DNA of 64,000 bases from Octopus vulgaris. Its lineage: Eukaryota. Of this stretch, positions 40,101 through 53,940 are shown piece after piece. Each line of letters starts with the position of its first letter. The first letter of the stretch is position 1. The stretch is from NCBI GenBank assembly GCA_951406725.2, contig OX597816.1, positions 93,310,001 through 93,374,000 of the forward strand. Direction: 5' to 3'. The translations under genes and the position numbers were made by a program. The notes under the pieces are model-generated. The model was not told the DNA's origin. It worked only from the letters and a program-made list of their open reading frames with translations, and made no database searches.

Positions 40101-42350
40101 AAATACTGTTTTGATGGGGTTTAGGCATTTTGTGTTTCTCCCTTGACATATCTTTATGGGACAGAATGTTCTGTTCACGTGAGGCAGCAGGAGTGGCATG
40201 TCAAATTATTTTGCTTATTTTGTTTTAAGAAGTCATGTTTATATAAATAGATAAATAAATAAAAAATAACAAAAAATAGTATCAAGACAAACATAAAAAA
40301 ATGACAAACTTCTAAAGTTTGCCACAAGTTATGGAAGATCCCATACCATTTTTAAGACTCTTTACTTGTAAAACCATCAAAAATTTTGAAAATAATCCTT
40401 TCATTTACACCTGATAAAATCCTAAATTATCAAAATATCATATAAATATCTTGTTTCCCCATGGTTTTCATTTCCTGTAACACAAGGGTCCACACTCTCA
40501 TATAAAAGGTATTACAATGAAGCAATCAAAGGGATGCTTTTTCCAATAATCTTTTCTAATTTACTCCTTATCCGTCTTTCTCTCTCACTCCCCTTCTCCC
40601 ACCAGTCACTCTCTAGTTTTTTCCTGTAATCATTTATTTTCTAAATGCTATTGTTTTAGCTTTTTTCAGCATTTTCAAAGTCCTTCATCACTGATTGTTG
40701 ACCCTGCCCTTGTCAATACCCTGTAATTCACTAAACCAATCACTGTGTGTTGAGAAAGATATGTCCAATTTCCCGTAACTAGTCCTCTGTCTATATATCC
40801 TCTCTAGATCAAATCATGCAGATTACAAGTCTGTGGTCTGTGTTATCTACTGGCAGAAAATGCAAACATTCTACATTATTTTGATCTATTGACCTTATGC
40901 ATTTGTTCCATGTACAAACTGAAGTATTCAGAATATCCAGTTGGTATTTGTCAAACAGTAAGAAACTGTGAGTAGCTTTGGGAGATTTTTACAACTCTCT
41001 CACTTATTGCATACTTCTACACAATCAAAGCATGTATCTGATAAGCCATTTTAGTCTCCACTAGTACTAAAGAGCAAAATGTTCTGAAAACATTTATAAA
41101 TGCCAGAATAAATCCAGCCACTCTACTCTAGTTGGGAAATAAACAACCTCTAGTCTAAAAATACTACCTTCATAACACATCCAGGATCACCAACTTATAG
41201 TCTAGGAAGATCATTTGTATCTTAAGATCCAGTTTTTACCAGGAATAACACTGGCCAATATAACACCTGATCCCAGAAAACCATAGAATCTATATATCTC
41301 ATTGTTTGGATGTATATGCTATGGCAATCATGATTCTGCTGATGGTTGATGTATCCATGTCTACTGACTTGAGGTTCATTGAACAAGCCACCTTGCTTCC
41401 AAGCTCTGAGTATGAGGATATTAATCAGAAAGAGAGTGGGGTAACTTATTTTGGTCTTGGAAAAGCCTGCTAATCTGGTCTTTTCAGTGAGCAAAGGTTC
41501 CTTGGAAGGTCCTTTCAGAATGTTCTTGTCTACAAGTATTTTTAAGTGATCTACAGTCAGAATTGAACTTAACATTCAGTGTATCTTGAGCTTGAGTTTA
41601 CATTCTATTTGTATCTTTTAGAGCCTTTTTCCGTCTAAGCTTCAACACTATGTTGTTACCATTTGCAAAAGTGATGTTGATGAGGTGCAGTTCTTGTGAG
41701 TTTAAGTACTGATGTTGTTTTTGTTGTTTCTCTTGGTTTTTTTGCTGCAATTGTTGTGATTCTGGATTTTCTTGCTGGTTGTTTCACTTGTTGATGTGGT
41801 TGTAGGTTTGGTTCCTGTTGTAACAGTACTCTTTAGTTTAGTTGTTGATAGTGCCAGGCTTTTTAATGGGCTTTCTATTGCTTTGCTGATCTTTCAAGGG
41901 TTTGAGATTGCCTCTTTGATTATATTTCCATTTCCCTGTTTCTCAGAACAACAATGACAAATGTTGATGGGCTTGTTTTAAGCTTTTCACACGACAAGAT
42001 CTTGAAGTCAGAGAAGCTTGAAGTTCCATTTCCCTGTTCCCCTGAACAACAAAGATAAATACTGATGGTCTTGTTTTAAGCTTAACACATGACAAGGTCT
42101 TGGGTCAGAGAAGCTTGAAGTAAAGAGAAGAGGTATAAATGAATATGTGAGTGTGTATTTGTGCTTTGTTGACCTTACAAGAAAGGAGACAAGGAGTTTC
42201 TTTTTTACTGTAACAGTATCAGTGAAATTATTTTTCCGGGCTGTGGTATTGATCTCTGCTATTACAAGGGAAAAATAATGTCTCCTGATTAAATAATCAG
42301 TCCCAACAGGCAATAATATATCTTTGAAAGGAATGTAGAAATTATCCAAA
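37140..42350 (-). mobile_element. Cluster of ancient L1/Tx1-like LINE remnants (ORF1 zinc knuckle, T/N/K-rich linker, APE start)
   Basis: Minus strand: IPDQIVLE..LHVIVDNR..CPAC..CLKALC (degenerate knuckle, ~38160-38280); TLNV..EKTRL (~41450-41600); LSEYRL (~37515). Heavily frameshifted. Confidence 0.4.
41926..42120. repeat. Two-copy ~97-bp tandem duplication
   Basis: ttccatttccctgtt..aacaacaa..gttttaagctt..gacaag..gtcagagaagcttgaag occurs twice, moderately diverged. Confidence 0.85.
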
Positions 42351-43841
42351 TACAATTATCTGGTAAGAGACAACTAGAATATAGGGACTGGAAAGAGAAA
42401 CAGTCCCTATAATAACAGGTGTCTTAACAATGATTAAAGAAATGCAAGCAAATACAAAACTAAAACCCCAGGACTTAAAAATATACATAATATCTAGATA
42501 ATAGCACTACTAGGTGCTGCACATCTATATCTATTGTGTAGAGTACTTTCAATATAATAGAAATTGCAAAATCAAAACAAAACACTCTGTATACACAAGA
42601 CACGCAGAGCTGTGCTTAATACTACAGTGAAAGCCTGCAATTAAAATAAGACTACAGAAAAATATTAATAATACATTGCTGGTTTAATAACAATGCTATT
42701 GATACAGAGCAACATTGTGGAATAAGACTTCTTCATACAAATGAATTGTCTGACAGATGAATGCTAATAAGTTTTACAATGATTTTATTTAGTACAGTTA
42801 TATTCATTATTTATTTACACAGAAATAACAAAAATGAGTATGAAAACAGCATTTCAGGTAAACATAAAAATATGAATGTTAAGTTCAATTCTGACTGCAG
42901 ACCAATTAAAAATATTAGAAGTAACCTTTCTCTCTAAAATGCAGCAAAGAGTAAATGTTAATTCAGTCTCGCAGACTGTGTAAATCCTACCAATCTTATC
43001 CTTGAAAAGAAAGTGAAATGACATAACGAACATGGTTGTATGTATTTGTGGTTGATGTTTTTGTTTTTGTTTTTGTTTTTTCTTCCTTGCCAGAAGATTT
43101 ACACAACAAATTTGGTTTCTTTAAGACATAAAAAATCAATTTAATTTTGTGGTCAACAGTAATAAGTTTGTGAAGAAATGTGAAGTGATCATAACATGTT
43201 CACGCTTTGCTTATAGTTATAACTAGATAACATCAGCAGACCAAACAATATCAAGATGAAATCTAATTTAAAGTGAATCTGAAACTTGATGCTACAATAT
43301 CTGCAAGCTATAATCAATAAAGTTGTTGCAGTGATTTAGTCAGTAAAAACATTGAATCATTTCATCAATGATTTTAATGTTGCTTTGTTGCTCTAAATGG
43401 AGCCATAACTACTGATAAGAAGAAACAGAAGGAATAGAAAGTACTTGCAGTATTACAGGAGTATAGTAATAATAATAATAATAACAACAACAACAACTGA
43501 TAGGAAACAACATTTATATTACAGTTGGGGACAAGGAATCAACAAAGAAACTCCTACATGATAATTTGACTTGCTAGGAGTAGCAGCAAAAATCTCCTTA
43601 TCTTACCATTTCTATCTTAAACAAAAGAAGGACATATTGAATCTTTTAGTCTAAGAAGCATTGTGTCTAAGTAAAAGATAGAATTGTTATGGCTGAAAAC
43701 ACTTTGATCATAAGTGTGCTCGATCATGGTTAACCTGGTGTTAAACCACAAAACAAGAAAGCACAAACATGCACGCACACACACACACTAACATGCACAT
43801 CTATATATATATCCCATGTCAGCATGGAAAATTGACAATGA

Positions 43842-43872
<31 letters not shown>

Positions 43873-43967
43873 GGAGGAGGAGGAGGAGGAGGAGGAGGAG
43901 GAGGAGGATAGTGATGATGACGATGATGACGACGACAATGACGATGATGGTGACGATGATGATGATG
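43842..43967. repeat. Compound (GAT)n(GAG)n(GAY)n trinucleotide repeat grown from an RTE tail
   Basis: Follows cccatgtcagcatggaaaattgac, the RTE 3' terminus. Confidence 0.9.
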
Positions 43968-43974
43968 CTATATC

Positions 43975-44370
43975 ATCATAATTTAATGTCCCCTTTTCCA
44001 TGCTTTCAAGTGTCAGACAAAGTTGATTAAAGCAGATTTTCTATGTCCAGATGCCCTTTCTGTTATCAACCCTCGCCTGTTTCCAAGCAAGGTAATATTT
44101 TCACCCTGACATGTTTTTGCAGACTATTGGAAATGAATGACACTGCTATGATAGTAACACTCTTTGGAATCTATTTGAACATATTTATGTATACAAAATA
44201 GAGTTCTTTCAGTTCCCATCTACCAACTCCACTTACAAGCTCATAGCTATATAGTTGACTCATAGCTATAGTAGAAAACACTTGCCCAAGGACCCACACA
44301 GTGGGAATGAACCCCAAACCATGTAGTTGGGATTTAAATTTCTTAAACAAACTACTACTCCTGTGCCTAT
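43975..44370 (-). mobile_element. Reversed RTE-type tail variant plus reversed SINE A head
   Basis: Same two-part arrangement as 18600-18975. Confidence 0.7.
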
Positions 44371-44688
44371 AGAGGTATTTGCTGAAAGTGAGTAAGTACT
44401 GCTTTGGACATTGGTCATGGACTCAACAAAATGGCTGTACTAAAATTTGAGTCTAACCTCACAAGCATTGCAGCCTCTTCAATGATATAATTTCACTAAT
44501 AATGGGAACATTGACCTTCCTGCTACACATCTACAGATGGCTGAAAGTAGAAGGACCCAAGTCCTGTAATATTTACAACAGACATTAACAGATTACCACT
44601 ACATCTATGACCTTACTTTCAGGTGGAATTAGACAAAGACTTGACCAAAAGGACAATGATGATTCTGATTTTCAATATTTTATACGTT

Positions 44689-44905
44689 AAGGTGGTGAGC
44701 TGACAGAAACGTTAGCACACTGGCCGAAATGCTTAGCCATATTTCGTCTGTGTTTACGTTCTGAGTTCAAATTCTACTGAGGTTGACTTAGCCTTTCATC
44801 CTTTCAAGGTCCAAAATTAAGTACCAGTTGCATATTGGACTCGATCTAATCAACAGTACCCCCTCCCCAAAAATGTTGGGCCTTGTGCCTAGAATAGAAA
44901 AGAAT
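44689..44905 (+). mobile_element. SINE family B
   Basis: aaggtggtgagctgacagaaacgttagc..gagttcaaattc..gcctttcatcctttc..attaagtaccag. Confidence 0.85.
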
Positions 44906-45316
44906 ATCTTATCCATTCTGTCATCTAGCATCTGTGATAATTTGTGAATGACACTAGATAATGGAGCATGTAACCATGGATAGAATAACAGATGTATAAT
45001 TAAAGACAATATAACAAATATTCACAAACAAATGATACTATAAATGCATTGTAACAGATAATATTTGTTCATTTGCTCAGTTGTCTTAACATCCATTTTT
45101 CCCATGCTAGCATGGGTTTTGCTAGGGATTTATTTTGTGGCAGAATTTGATGGCCAGAGGCATTTCCAGCTACAAGCCTTTGCTTGTTTTTAAGCCAGGT
45201 ACTTTTTATTCCAGAGATTTTCAAAAGCACAGAACAACAGAGCTTAATGTCAACATCACCACTAGTTTGCTCAAGCCATGACATTGTGGAGTATCCACAT
45301 TTACATAAACTGACAT

Positions 45317-45358
<42 letters not shown>

Positions 45359-45435
45359 ATACATATATACACATTTATACAGACATACATATTTATATGT
45401 GTGTGTGTGTGTGCATACATATATATGATATATAT

Positions 45436-45973
45436 ATAATCATCATCATCATCGTTTAACGTCCGCTTTCCATGCTAGCATGGGTTGGACTGTTCAACTG
45501 GGGTCTGGAAAGCCAGGAGGTTGCACCAGGCCCAGTCTGATCTGGCAGTGTTTCTACAGCTGGATGCCCTTCCTAACGCCAACCACTCCATGAGTGTAGT
45601 GGGTGCTTTTTACATGCCACCGGCACAGAGGCCAGTCTGGGGGACGCAGGCAACAGCCATGTTCGGATGGTTCTTTTACGTGCTACTGGCACTGGTATCA
45701 CAACTACAATTTCCATTGATTTTTGATCGATTTCGATTTCACTTGCCTCAACAGGTCTTCGCAAGCAGAGTTTTGTGTCCCAAGAAGTAAAGGTATGTAT
45801 AAGTGGACTGGCTACATACCAGGTAGAGGCCACGGGTTATGGTCTCACTTGTCCTGCCGAGTCTTCTCATGCACAGCATACTTCCAAAGGTCTCAGTCAC
45901 TAGTCACTGCCTCGATGAAACCTAATGTTTGAAGGTCGTGCTTTACTACCTCGTCCCAGGTTTTCCTGGGTCT
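45436..45973 (-). mobile_element. 5'-truncated RTE LINE (ORF2 C-terminus, 3' UTR and (GAT)n)
   Basis: RPRKTWDEVVKHDLQTLGFIEAVTSD*DLWKYAV followed by the common tail. The copy sits in a (TA)n context. Confidence 0.88.
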
Positions 45974-46149
45974 ATATATATATAGTATGTCACCTGAGAA
46001 AATGGAATGTTTATGTGACAGTGTGAATTTACACCATGCAATGAGACCAAGCCTGAAACCCAAAATTTTTAAAGTGCATTTCATAAACAAATAGCCTTTT
46101 CTGCTCTTAGATGTCTTGCAAACAACTTGCACATGCAAGTGCTACCAGT

Positions 46150-46740
46150 CAAAAACTCAACATACCGGAAGCCAACAAGTGTATGGGGTCATCAGGAGAG
46201 AATGCGCACTGTTTTGGGCCCTACCTCTCAATGGCATCAATACGCACCGGGCCCCCCTCACTGATATAAAGCCCCACTTGCTAGATCAACTGGTTATCAA
46301 ATAAAGCTCAATATTCATCTAGCCATCGCTCATGGTCATTTTTAACCAAATCCAGTGGCTAGCCTTCTCCACTGTAGTTTGGATATCTGCCATGATGGTA
46401 TTGACTTTATGATGAGTTAGGCCTAACGATAACAACAGTCATCTCACACAGTGTCCAACAAACCCTCTACATCCAACTTCGATTGGAAAATGCTCTGCTT
46501 TCCAACCTGCATTTTCACATTCCTTGAGGAGGTTTACATAACGGTTAATCTTTCGAGCCCAAGCGGCGTCCATGTAATCTTCGTGAGGAACTCTTAACTT
46601 GACTAGATTTACAACTTTCCTTCTTTCACACCACATCAAAATGTTTTGGTTTTTTTCGTAACTGGGATGGGAAAGAATCCCTGGCACTCAGGTAAATCTG
46701 CAGTCACCTCCCAATAGCCGATCCACTTTTCATCTCTCAC
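46150..46740 (-). mobile_element. 5'-truncated RLE-type LINE (HERO-like) restriction-like endonuclease end
   Basis: KVVNLVKLRVPHED..AWARKINRY..GWKAEHFPIEVGCRGFVG..VEKASHWIWLK matches the recalled HERO C-terminus (ELTVPWE..RK..KY..PVEVGCRGF..AEKASRWLWLK). Confidence 0.8.
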
Positions 46741-47854
46741 AGTATCCTAAATATTTTTAAATATGAAAACAACATGACTATTATTTAACAATATACTTAT
46801 TATATTGTAGGTTTATGACTATAAACAATATCATAGACACATACTAGAGGACTTGCTATGCTATTAGACATTGTAATCACTAACATAAGACAGGTAACAG
46901 AAACAGGCTCAGTATTGGCACTCAAACCCTGTATTCATCAGTTGCAATGTGTACAGATTACCAATATACTACAGAGAGCCTGCTATCCTTCTAGCACTAA
47001 GTGACTGACAAATTATCTTGGAAATAAAATTTTTTTTAAATCTTGTCAATGGGTTTGTTGCTCTCTTATGTCTCAAGTTTATTGTTATGATGTCTAATTT
47101 AATCTACAATAAAATTTTAGCTTTTAATTCATAATATATTTACAAATTTGTGTTGACAGAACGTCTGACGACAAATAATTTGACAAGTGTAACACAATAC
47201 ATAGTATTCTAGGTTGAAAGGAAAGAAAATCAGCCAAGATATAATAAATATTTATCAAGAATAAAATGATTGAAGGATGAATCAGAAAAAAATTCTATGA
47301 ACATAAAAACAAAGATTAAGAGAATTGAATCACATTAAAAAAAAATAAGGTAAGGTAAAGTTGATTTGAAACGATGAAGATCAAGAACCTGAGAAGAAAA
47401 CTTATCAACACAAAACACATCTTGTTTGTTTTATTTCATTTTGCTTCATTTATTATAGCCCAATAAAATACAGTGAATTAGCTTTCCATCTTTATGAAGA
47501 GACCATCTGTATTCTTGACATACAAATAATCATTTCTGACCTATGCTCTCAAAGTGATTGAAGATAACAAGAGCAGCTGGTTATAAACATTCCAGCCAAA
47601 TTCTTATGCAATAAGGTACAGCAGATGTGCTACTAAAAGTCTCAAAAAAAAAGGTACAGAATTCCTTGAGAAACTAGGTAGCTATCGAGAATGGTTTTCT
47701 ATAACTTTGGATTTTGTCAAAGAGATGATGTATCAATGACTTCTACATTAGAAGCTAGGCTGTATCAACGCTGAAAATCAAACACACAACCAACATTACT
47801 TATAAAGAAGATAAGGGTTCTGAAGCTATTGTATTATTATTTTATGTCTCAGAA

Positions 47855-48380
47855 TGGTGGGTTAGCAGAATCTTTAGAGTGTTGAACAAAATGCCTTATG
47901 ATATTTGTTCTGATTCATTGCATTCTGAAGTCAAATCCTGCCATGGTCAGCTTTGCTTTTTATCCTTCCTTGGTTGGTAAAAAAAAAATACCAATAAAGT
48001 ATTGGGATCAATTTATTCAACTAACTTCTCCCTGCAAATTTGTGCTCTTATGCCATTCCCAACCACATGATTCTGGGCTCAGTCCCACTGCATGTCCCTT
48101 TAGACAAGTGTCTTCTGCTATAGCCTCTGGCTTATCAAAGCCTTGTGAGGGAATTTAGTAGATGAAAACTTAAAGAAGCCTGTCATATATATATATATAT
48201 ATATATATATCTGTATATGTCCTCGTGTCTTTTTGTTCCCCATTACTGCTTGACAATGGGTGTTAGCATGTTTACATCCCTGGAACTTTATAGTTTGGCA
48301 AAAGAGACTCATAGAATAAGAACCAGGCTTAAAATATAAGCACTAGGGTCAATTTGCTTGACTAAAATTTTTCAAGGTGG
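47855..48380 (+). mobile_element. SINE B followed directly by SINE A
   Basis: SINE B core to ~48050, then ttcccaaccacatg..caagtgtcttctgctatagcc..(TA)n..gcttgacaa..atagaataag. Confidence 0.8.
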
Positions 48381-48419
48381 TAAAAGATATCAAATCTCTC
48401 ATTTATTTACAAATGTATT

Positions 48420-48900
48420 CCTTGTAGTATCTTAAAATCACCAGAACAACAAGCAACATTCCATTATGGGAAAACCAGTGGGGATTCATGGTTTAGGCTG
48501 TTCAACAGTCACAGAAAAGGAGTTCTCTATCATGTCCATATTTCCCTTAGGTGCCCGTGGTTAAGCCAAATTTGCTTTGGAGATTATTAAGACTTGTTCC
48601 ATATGAACTTGAAGCTCATTAACAAATTTTCTGCTAGTGCCATTGTCATATCTGGCATTGGTGGAATATTTATCATCTTTCCTTTCACAATTGCATGTAG
48701 TAAGACTTCATTGAAACATCTACAGGAGCTGTAATTAAATATGCTGAAATTGTTATTGATTAAATCATTTTCCACTGAGGCACAAAAACTGGCTGTGATA
48801 CTTAGTTCTTTGTTTGTCTACATAGTTATGAGTTCAATCCTTTCTTCTACATACCTTCTCTATAAACCACAATCTCCCTGACTAACAAATCTCTTCCATT
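48420..48900 (-). mobile_element. Ancient Gypsy-like integrase remnant
   Basis: Frameshifted PP..NG.LAE.FV..FK, resembling PYHPxSNGLAERFVxTFK. Confidence 0.35.
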
Positions 48901-50389
48901 TCTTTTCCACATTTAAGTGGTTAGCAGATGAGAGAAGACCATCAAATAAGAAAGGTTACAAGGATATACAACTTTACAGCTTTTTCTAAAACTCTCACAA
49001 CCATGCTAGTTGGAAAGTTGATATAATTAATAATAAAGATAATTGAAGCATATTAAATGGAATATTGGATATTAATAAGATTAAGATGGTCTCAAACTAT
49101 GGATAATATGCTTACATTCATTTAATCTTTCTATTATTTATGGAGATTTAATCAACTCGTAGCTAAGTGTCCTGTCCTGGAAGACATTTGTCTCACACCC
49201 TTTTAACATGGTGACATGAAAGCCTGGCCTTCATTTCTCTTGTAGATATTTATATACATTCTGTTATAGCTGTACACTTTATTATTTAGAGCCCTGTAAA
49301 TATAGAATATCAAAATCTTTTTTGTCAAAAGCAGTTGAATAATTCTCTTTCTTAGAATCTTAATAAAAGCATGGTTCTTCACAGAGTCAAATATGTTCTA
49401 TAATTTTTGCTTTGCTTTGCTGGTATGTTGTCATGTAAATGAAAAGAAATGTGAATGAATGCTTCCTCGTGCATATGAAACTCAAATTACTTCTAAAATA
49501 GTAATGCCTGCACTGCTCTCTTTTTCAGCTCAGAGCTATTGTGATATTTTCTCCAGCAAATATCTTTGAGAACCAAATCATTGTTGTCAAATACGATATT
49601 TTCTACATGGTTGATATCTTTGAAAAAAGTTAATTTGGCTAGTCAACATCTGCAGCAACAAAAAAATTAATTTTATTTTGTCATTACACGGTGAATAGAA
49701 AACCTTATAGAGACTTTACTCTAATATTGGTTAGAATAAGTTAAGCAATTTCCTGTAGTACAGCAAGCTCCTAGTTGATAATAATAGGCCAATAATAATG
49801 ATTTGTTGTTGATCTCACGATGCACCTGCTCTTAGAAATATGAATTTAAATTCTGACAGACTAATGAAGAATATTCTAGGTATATTAGATAAGTAGTATA
49901 CTTGAGTTAATATCTTTCTTCAGGGAACTTTTCAAATTACTTTTAGTTAACTCTAGTTCACCTTTTACATCATCCATAACAAACATTATGATTTTTAACT
50001 TTACCAAAAGGTCAGAAATGTTTCCAGTGGAATCAGTCAAGAAAATTAACTCCAATACTTGATTGGTATTTATTTTATCATCTCCTGGAAAGGATGAAGA
50101 ACAAAGTTAGAATTAGCAAAATTTGAAAATAGAAAGTGAAAAACTGAAGCAAAATTCTATTTTGCCTTTTTTTTCTAACACATCAGTGTTGCAGCCAATG
50201 CACCACTTGCAAGGATAATGATTTCTAATATATGTAGAAGGCCACAAATTTGTAAGGGAGTAACAGTAAGTTACATCAGCTTATTTTATTGATCTCATTA
50301 CCTTCACAAAGGAAGTTGACTTCGGGATGAGTTGAACTTCAAATATAAAGTGGAATAACTTAGTAATACAAATCATTTTTATCTGACAC

Positions 50390-51000
50390 TCTAGTGATTC
50401 TTTCATACCTCGATCTTCTAAATCTGTCATCCTCCACTCTATTCAGTTTGTTCTCCAGGATTCTACTGTTTCATTCCGCCATCATTCTATTAATTCTGCA
50501 ATCTACCATCTTATTTATTCTGCTCTCTACCACACAAATATCTCTTTTATTCACCTGTTTTTTCACATTGCCCTTCTGAACTCTACTCATTGTACCCTCT
50601 ACCACTATAGGCAATCTGTCCATTACCACTCAACTCATTCTGTGCCCCCACTACACTAAAAATTCTATCTTCCAATTTTCAACACATTCTGTCCTCCACC
50701 ATTCTATATAATCTGTCCTCTACTACTTTGCTCATTCCCTCCTCCACCATTCTACACAATCTGTCCTCCACAACTCTATACATTCTCTCTTCCACCACTC
50801 AACTCATTCTGTGCTCTAACTACTCTACACATTCTACCCTCCACTACTCTATACATTCTGTCTCCAACACTCTACAAGTTCCATCATCCTACTCATTCTG
50901 CCCTTCACTACTCTATTCATTTTGTCCCTCACTCTATACAATCTTTCCTCCACTACTCAATACATTCTATCCTCCCCCCACTCTATTCATTCTGTTGTCA
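50390..51000 (+). repeat. Degenerate ~20-21-bp minisatellite (approx. tcctccactactctattcattctg)
   Basis: Recurrent cattctgtcctccac / ctctattcattctg units over about 600 bp. Confidence 0.8.
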
Positions 51001-51799
51001 ATTGCAAATTTTGTCATTTGCCATCTTTTATAATTGTAATAATAACAACTAGGATATCTTTGTCAAAGAACTACAGAATATAGAGTTTAATGAAAGAAAC
51101 AGAAAAAGAAAAGTACAAATAAAATGAATAAAACTTGTTTTCAACAGTTGAAATATCAACAACAGTAAATTGTTTCCCTTCACTGTATTGTTTATTTTAT
51201 CTGGAAAATACTTTAGTTAGATTTAAATTAACAGACAACTACTGTCTCACTTGCCATTATTGGACCTTTACTCTTCATTTGGACCCTTTGACCCATATCA
51301 TTTTAGCCACACGAACCCTCATTTGATAGAAGCATTTCAACAGAAGGATGAACCATTTCTATTTTTACGTTGTTTTAAACAGTATTTAAAGATCTGAAAA
51401 TGGATCCTGAGTGTTATAAACCTCTTGCAGTCAATGATTTCAATAGTACTGTTTATATATCATCTTCGTCTGTAGTAATGACATAAAAGCACAAATTTAA
51501 TGACTTTACACCTGTATGGCTGATCCATTAACAATATAATTTATTTTTGCTGAGAAATGGTTCAGTTTCATCATCCTAAATATGCAACAAGTGACATTGA
51601 TCCTAAAATTCAACAACCAAAAATTGCACTGTACTAAAGTATGAGTTACAACTACATTTTTCTTCCTTTATTTTTTTATTAAATCTCTCTTCAGTTTGAA
51701 CACCATCAATTGCCATTCTATCATATTTCAGACAGGGAGAGCAAACAGCAAACTAATCACATTACCAGAATAGAGGTGCATCAGAATTCTTTGGAAACC

Positions 51800-52900
51800 T
51801 GAACCCACAGGTCAGCCACGTGAGTTTGTATAGTATTTCAGAGTCATGTCTAACTCTTCTGCCATAGTGTTATTTCTTATTCCTTCTATTTATACCCTAT
51901 ATAATTGTTATTGCATCCAGTTTCCATCTTACATTTCTTAGGTGATAAAGCACAAAGTATCCTTTTCAATACTGTAGGTACTTCTTAGCTTCTTTGTTGA
52001 TCCAGTCTGACAACTCAGTGATATTCATATCAACAGAAATTTTTCCTTCTCTACACAATGGAATACTTATCCATCATTCATTGATCTCTACAGATGCTTC
52101 TGCATTGTTGCATATTGGAGTATCTATAAGTAAAAGAAAGACATTCGGCCTTTGAAGTTATGGAAAATATCCCAATATGAGAATTTCTCAAGTTGCCTGA
52201 AGCTACTAACAGAGCTGAATTATGCCTGTCTTGTTGAGTGTTCAAATTTATTCAATTTTGCAATAAGCACATTGGTGACTGATAGTAATGTTATTATGGC
52301 AATGATATCATCTATGTTAGCAGTTTGGTGGCTGAACCCCAGAGAGATCTTGCTCAACAATTATATTCCACTTCTGAAGGCTATAAATGCCTCTACATAT
52401 CAAAGCAGTGAGAACAGACAAGACATTGATGAATTGATATTCCAATTCTTAATTTATTCACTGGTTTGCAAGAACCTTTGAACACTGTTCTCCTTACATT
52501 TCAAGCCATTCCCAGCAAGTAGCAAAAAACCTTTGGTCCAGGTTTTAGAGCAATTTTGAAGTACCTTTTTTTTTCTTTTGTAGTTTATTAAAAGAAAAAA
52601 AAAGTTAGCTGCTATGATCTTCACATGCCCTCCAAGACTAATGAAACTCATGCAGAATAGAATATCTGCAGTTATATTTTCAGAGTGAAATTTACCTATT
52701 TCACTTCTCTTAAGAAATTCATTTATATTCACTGGCTTGTTTAAGACCATCTCAATCTCATTACAGATTAATGGTAATAATTCTTATTTGCTTATACAAA
52801 ATAACTTCATCATGATTTTTCTGTCTCAACGACCCTTGCTTTCTCTAATTCATCTTTTTTACCTTTTAATAGTTGCCACTAACTTTTGCTTCTATTTGGA
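51800..52900 (-). mobile_element. Ancient LTR-retrotransposon RT-like remnant
   Basis: Minus-strand ANIDDII resembles YIDDII. It lies upstream of the integrase-like relic on the same strand, the Gypsy order. Confidence 0.3.
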
Positions 52901-53623
52901 TTTACTCAGAGACTTTTCTATTATTTTTAGAATTAAGTTGTTGTGGTGTCTGAAAATGAACGTTGTTATTGTTTTTCTATTGTGTATGTGCTTTGTGAAT
53001 TCATAAATAAAACCCTACCACAAAAAAATTTAAATAATGCTAAATATCTGCAATCCCATCAATATATTACAAACTAAATACTAATAACAACAACATCTTA
53101 CATTGGCAGAAAGCCACATTTTCACTGAAGAAATATATTTATAGTTCATTGAATCAACTTTCACTTTTCCTTTTTTATTTTATTTTATTTTGTCATTTTT
53201 TGTGGGTTTTTGTTTGGAAAACCCACTAAGGCTATATGTTAATGATACTTTTTGAGAGATTCTGGCAAGATAAAAGCAAGCAATCTTTTTAATATATTAA
53301 TTATTTACAGAAGAAGCTGAGTGTAATGGACTTTTGTAGACCCCTCCAGTCCAGGGAGATTGATGCAATTAATATTCCATTTGAACTTTGCTGTAGAACA
53401 ATGGAAGCAGAAAGAAAATTCTAGGTAGTTACAGCTTTGGAAATCAACAAGTAGGCAAAGTGTTTAGTTTTAGACAGCAGAGTTGGGTGTTGAGACATTG
53501 TAAGGATGACAAGTGGGGAGAGATAAATGCATCAGGTAACTTAAATAGAGCTAGGGTCCAGTTTATCAATTCAAAGAAACTGGGATCATTGGAGTAGTGA
53601 CAGAGCAGATAAAGAAGTGTCGA

Positions 53624-53940
53624 TGAGGTGGTATCAAAAAGTTCCCGGACTAGTTATTTTAATAAGAAATGACTTATTTATCAAAGTTTTAATATCATCT
53701 CATTCGAAATAGTCACCTTGTGCAGCAATACACCAGTCCCAGCATTTCTGCCACTTTTGGAATCTGATCTGGAAGTCATTTTCCATAAATGAGATGAGAA
53801 CCTTCTGTGATTCACTTTTGATTTTCCCAAGGGTGTGAAAACAGTGATCTTTGAGTTGCATTTTCCTCTTTGGGAAGAGATGGGAGTCTGCAGCTACTAA
53901 ATCTGGTGAACAGGGTAGATGCAGAAATGATACCATTTTC
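53624..53940 (-). mobile_element. Mariner 3' fragment with one TIR
   Basis: LHLPCSPDLVAADSHLFPK..WQKCWDWCIAAQGDYFE; TIR-like gaggtggtatcaaaaagttcccggact. Confidence 0.85.

Noticed and set aside
43769-44030. Acidic poly-D/E or poly-S/R protein ORFs
   Set aside because: Translation of a trinucleotide microsatellite grown from an RTE tail.
46186-46220. Hammerhead ribozyme (CUGAUGA with an upstream AAAAC) in the HERO-like 3' UTR
   Set aside because: The GAAA core is missing and there is not enough sequence to form stems I and III in the required order.
49480-49650. Minus-strand exon after ttttttgttgctgcAG
   Set aside because: All three frames hit stops before a credible donor.
52152-52481. 109-aa plus-strand ORF as a host exon
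   Set aside because: No recognisable domain or splice signals. It is antisense to a probable RT relic.
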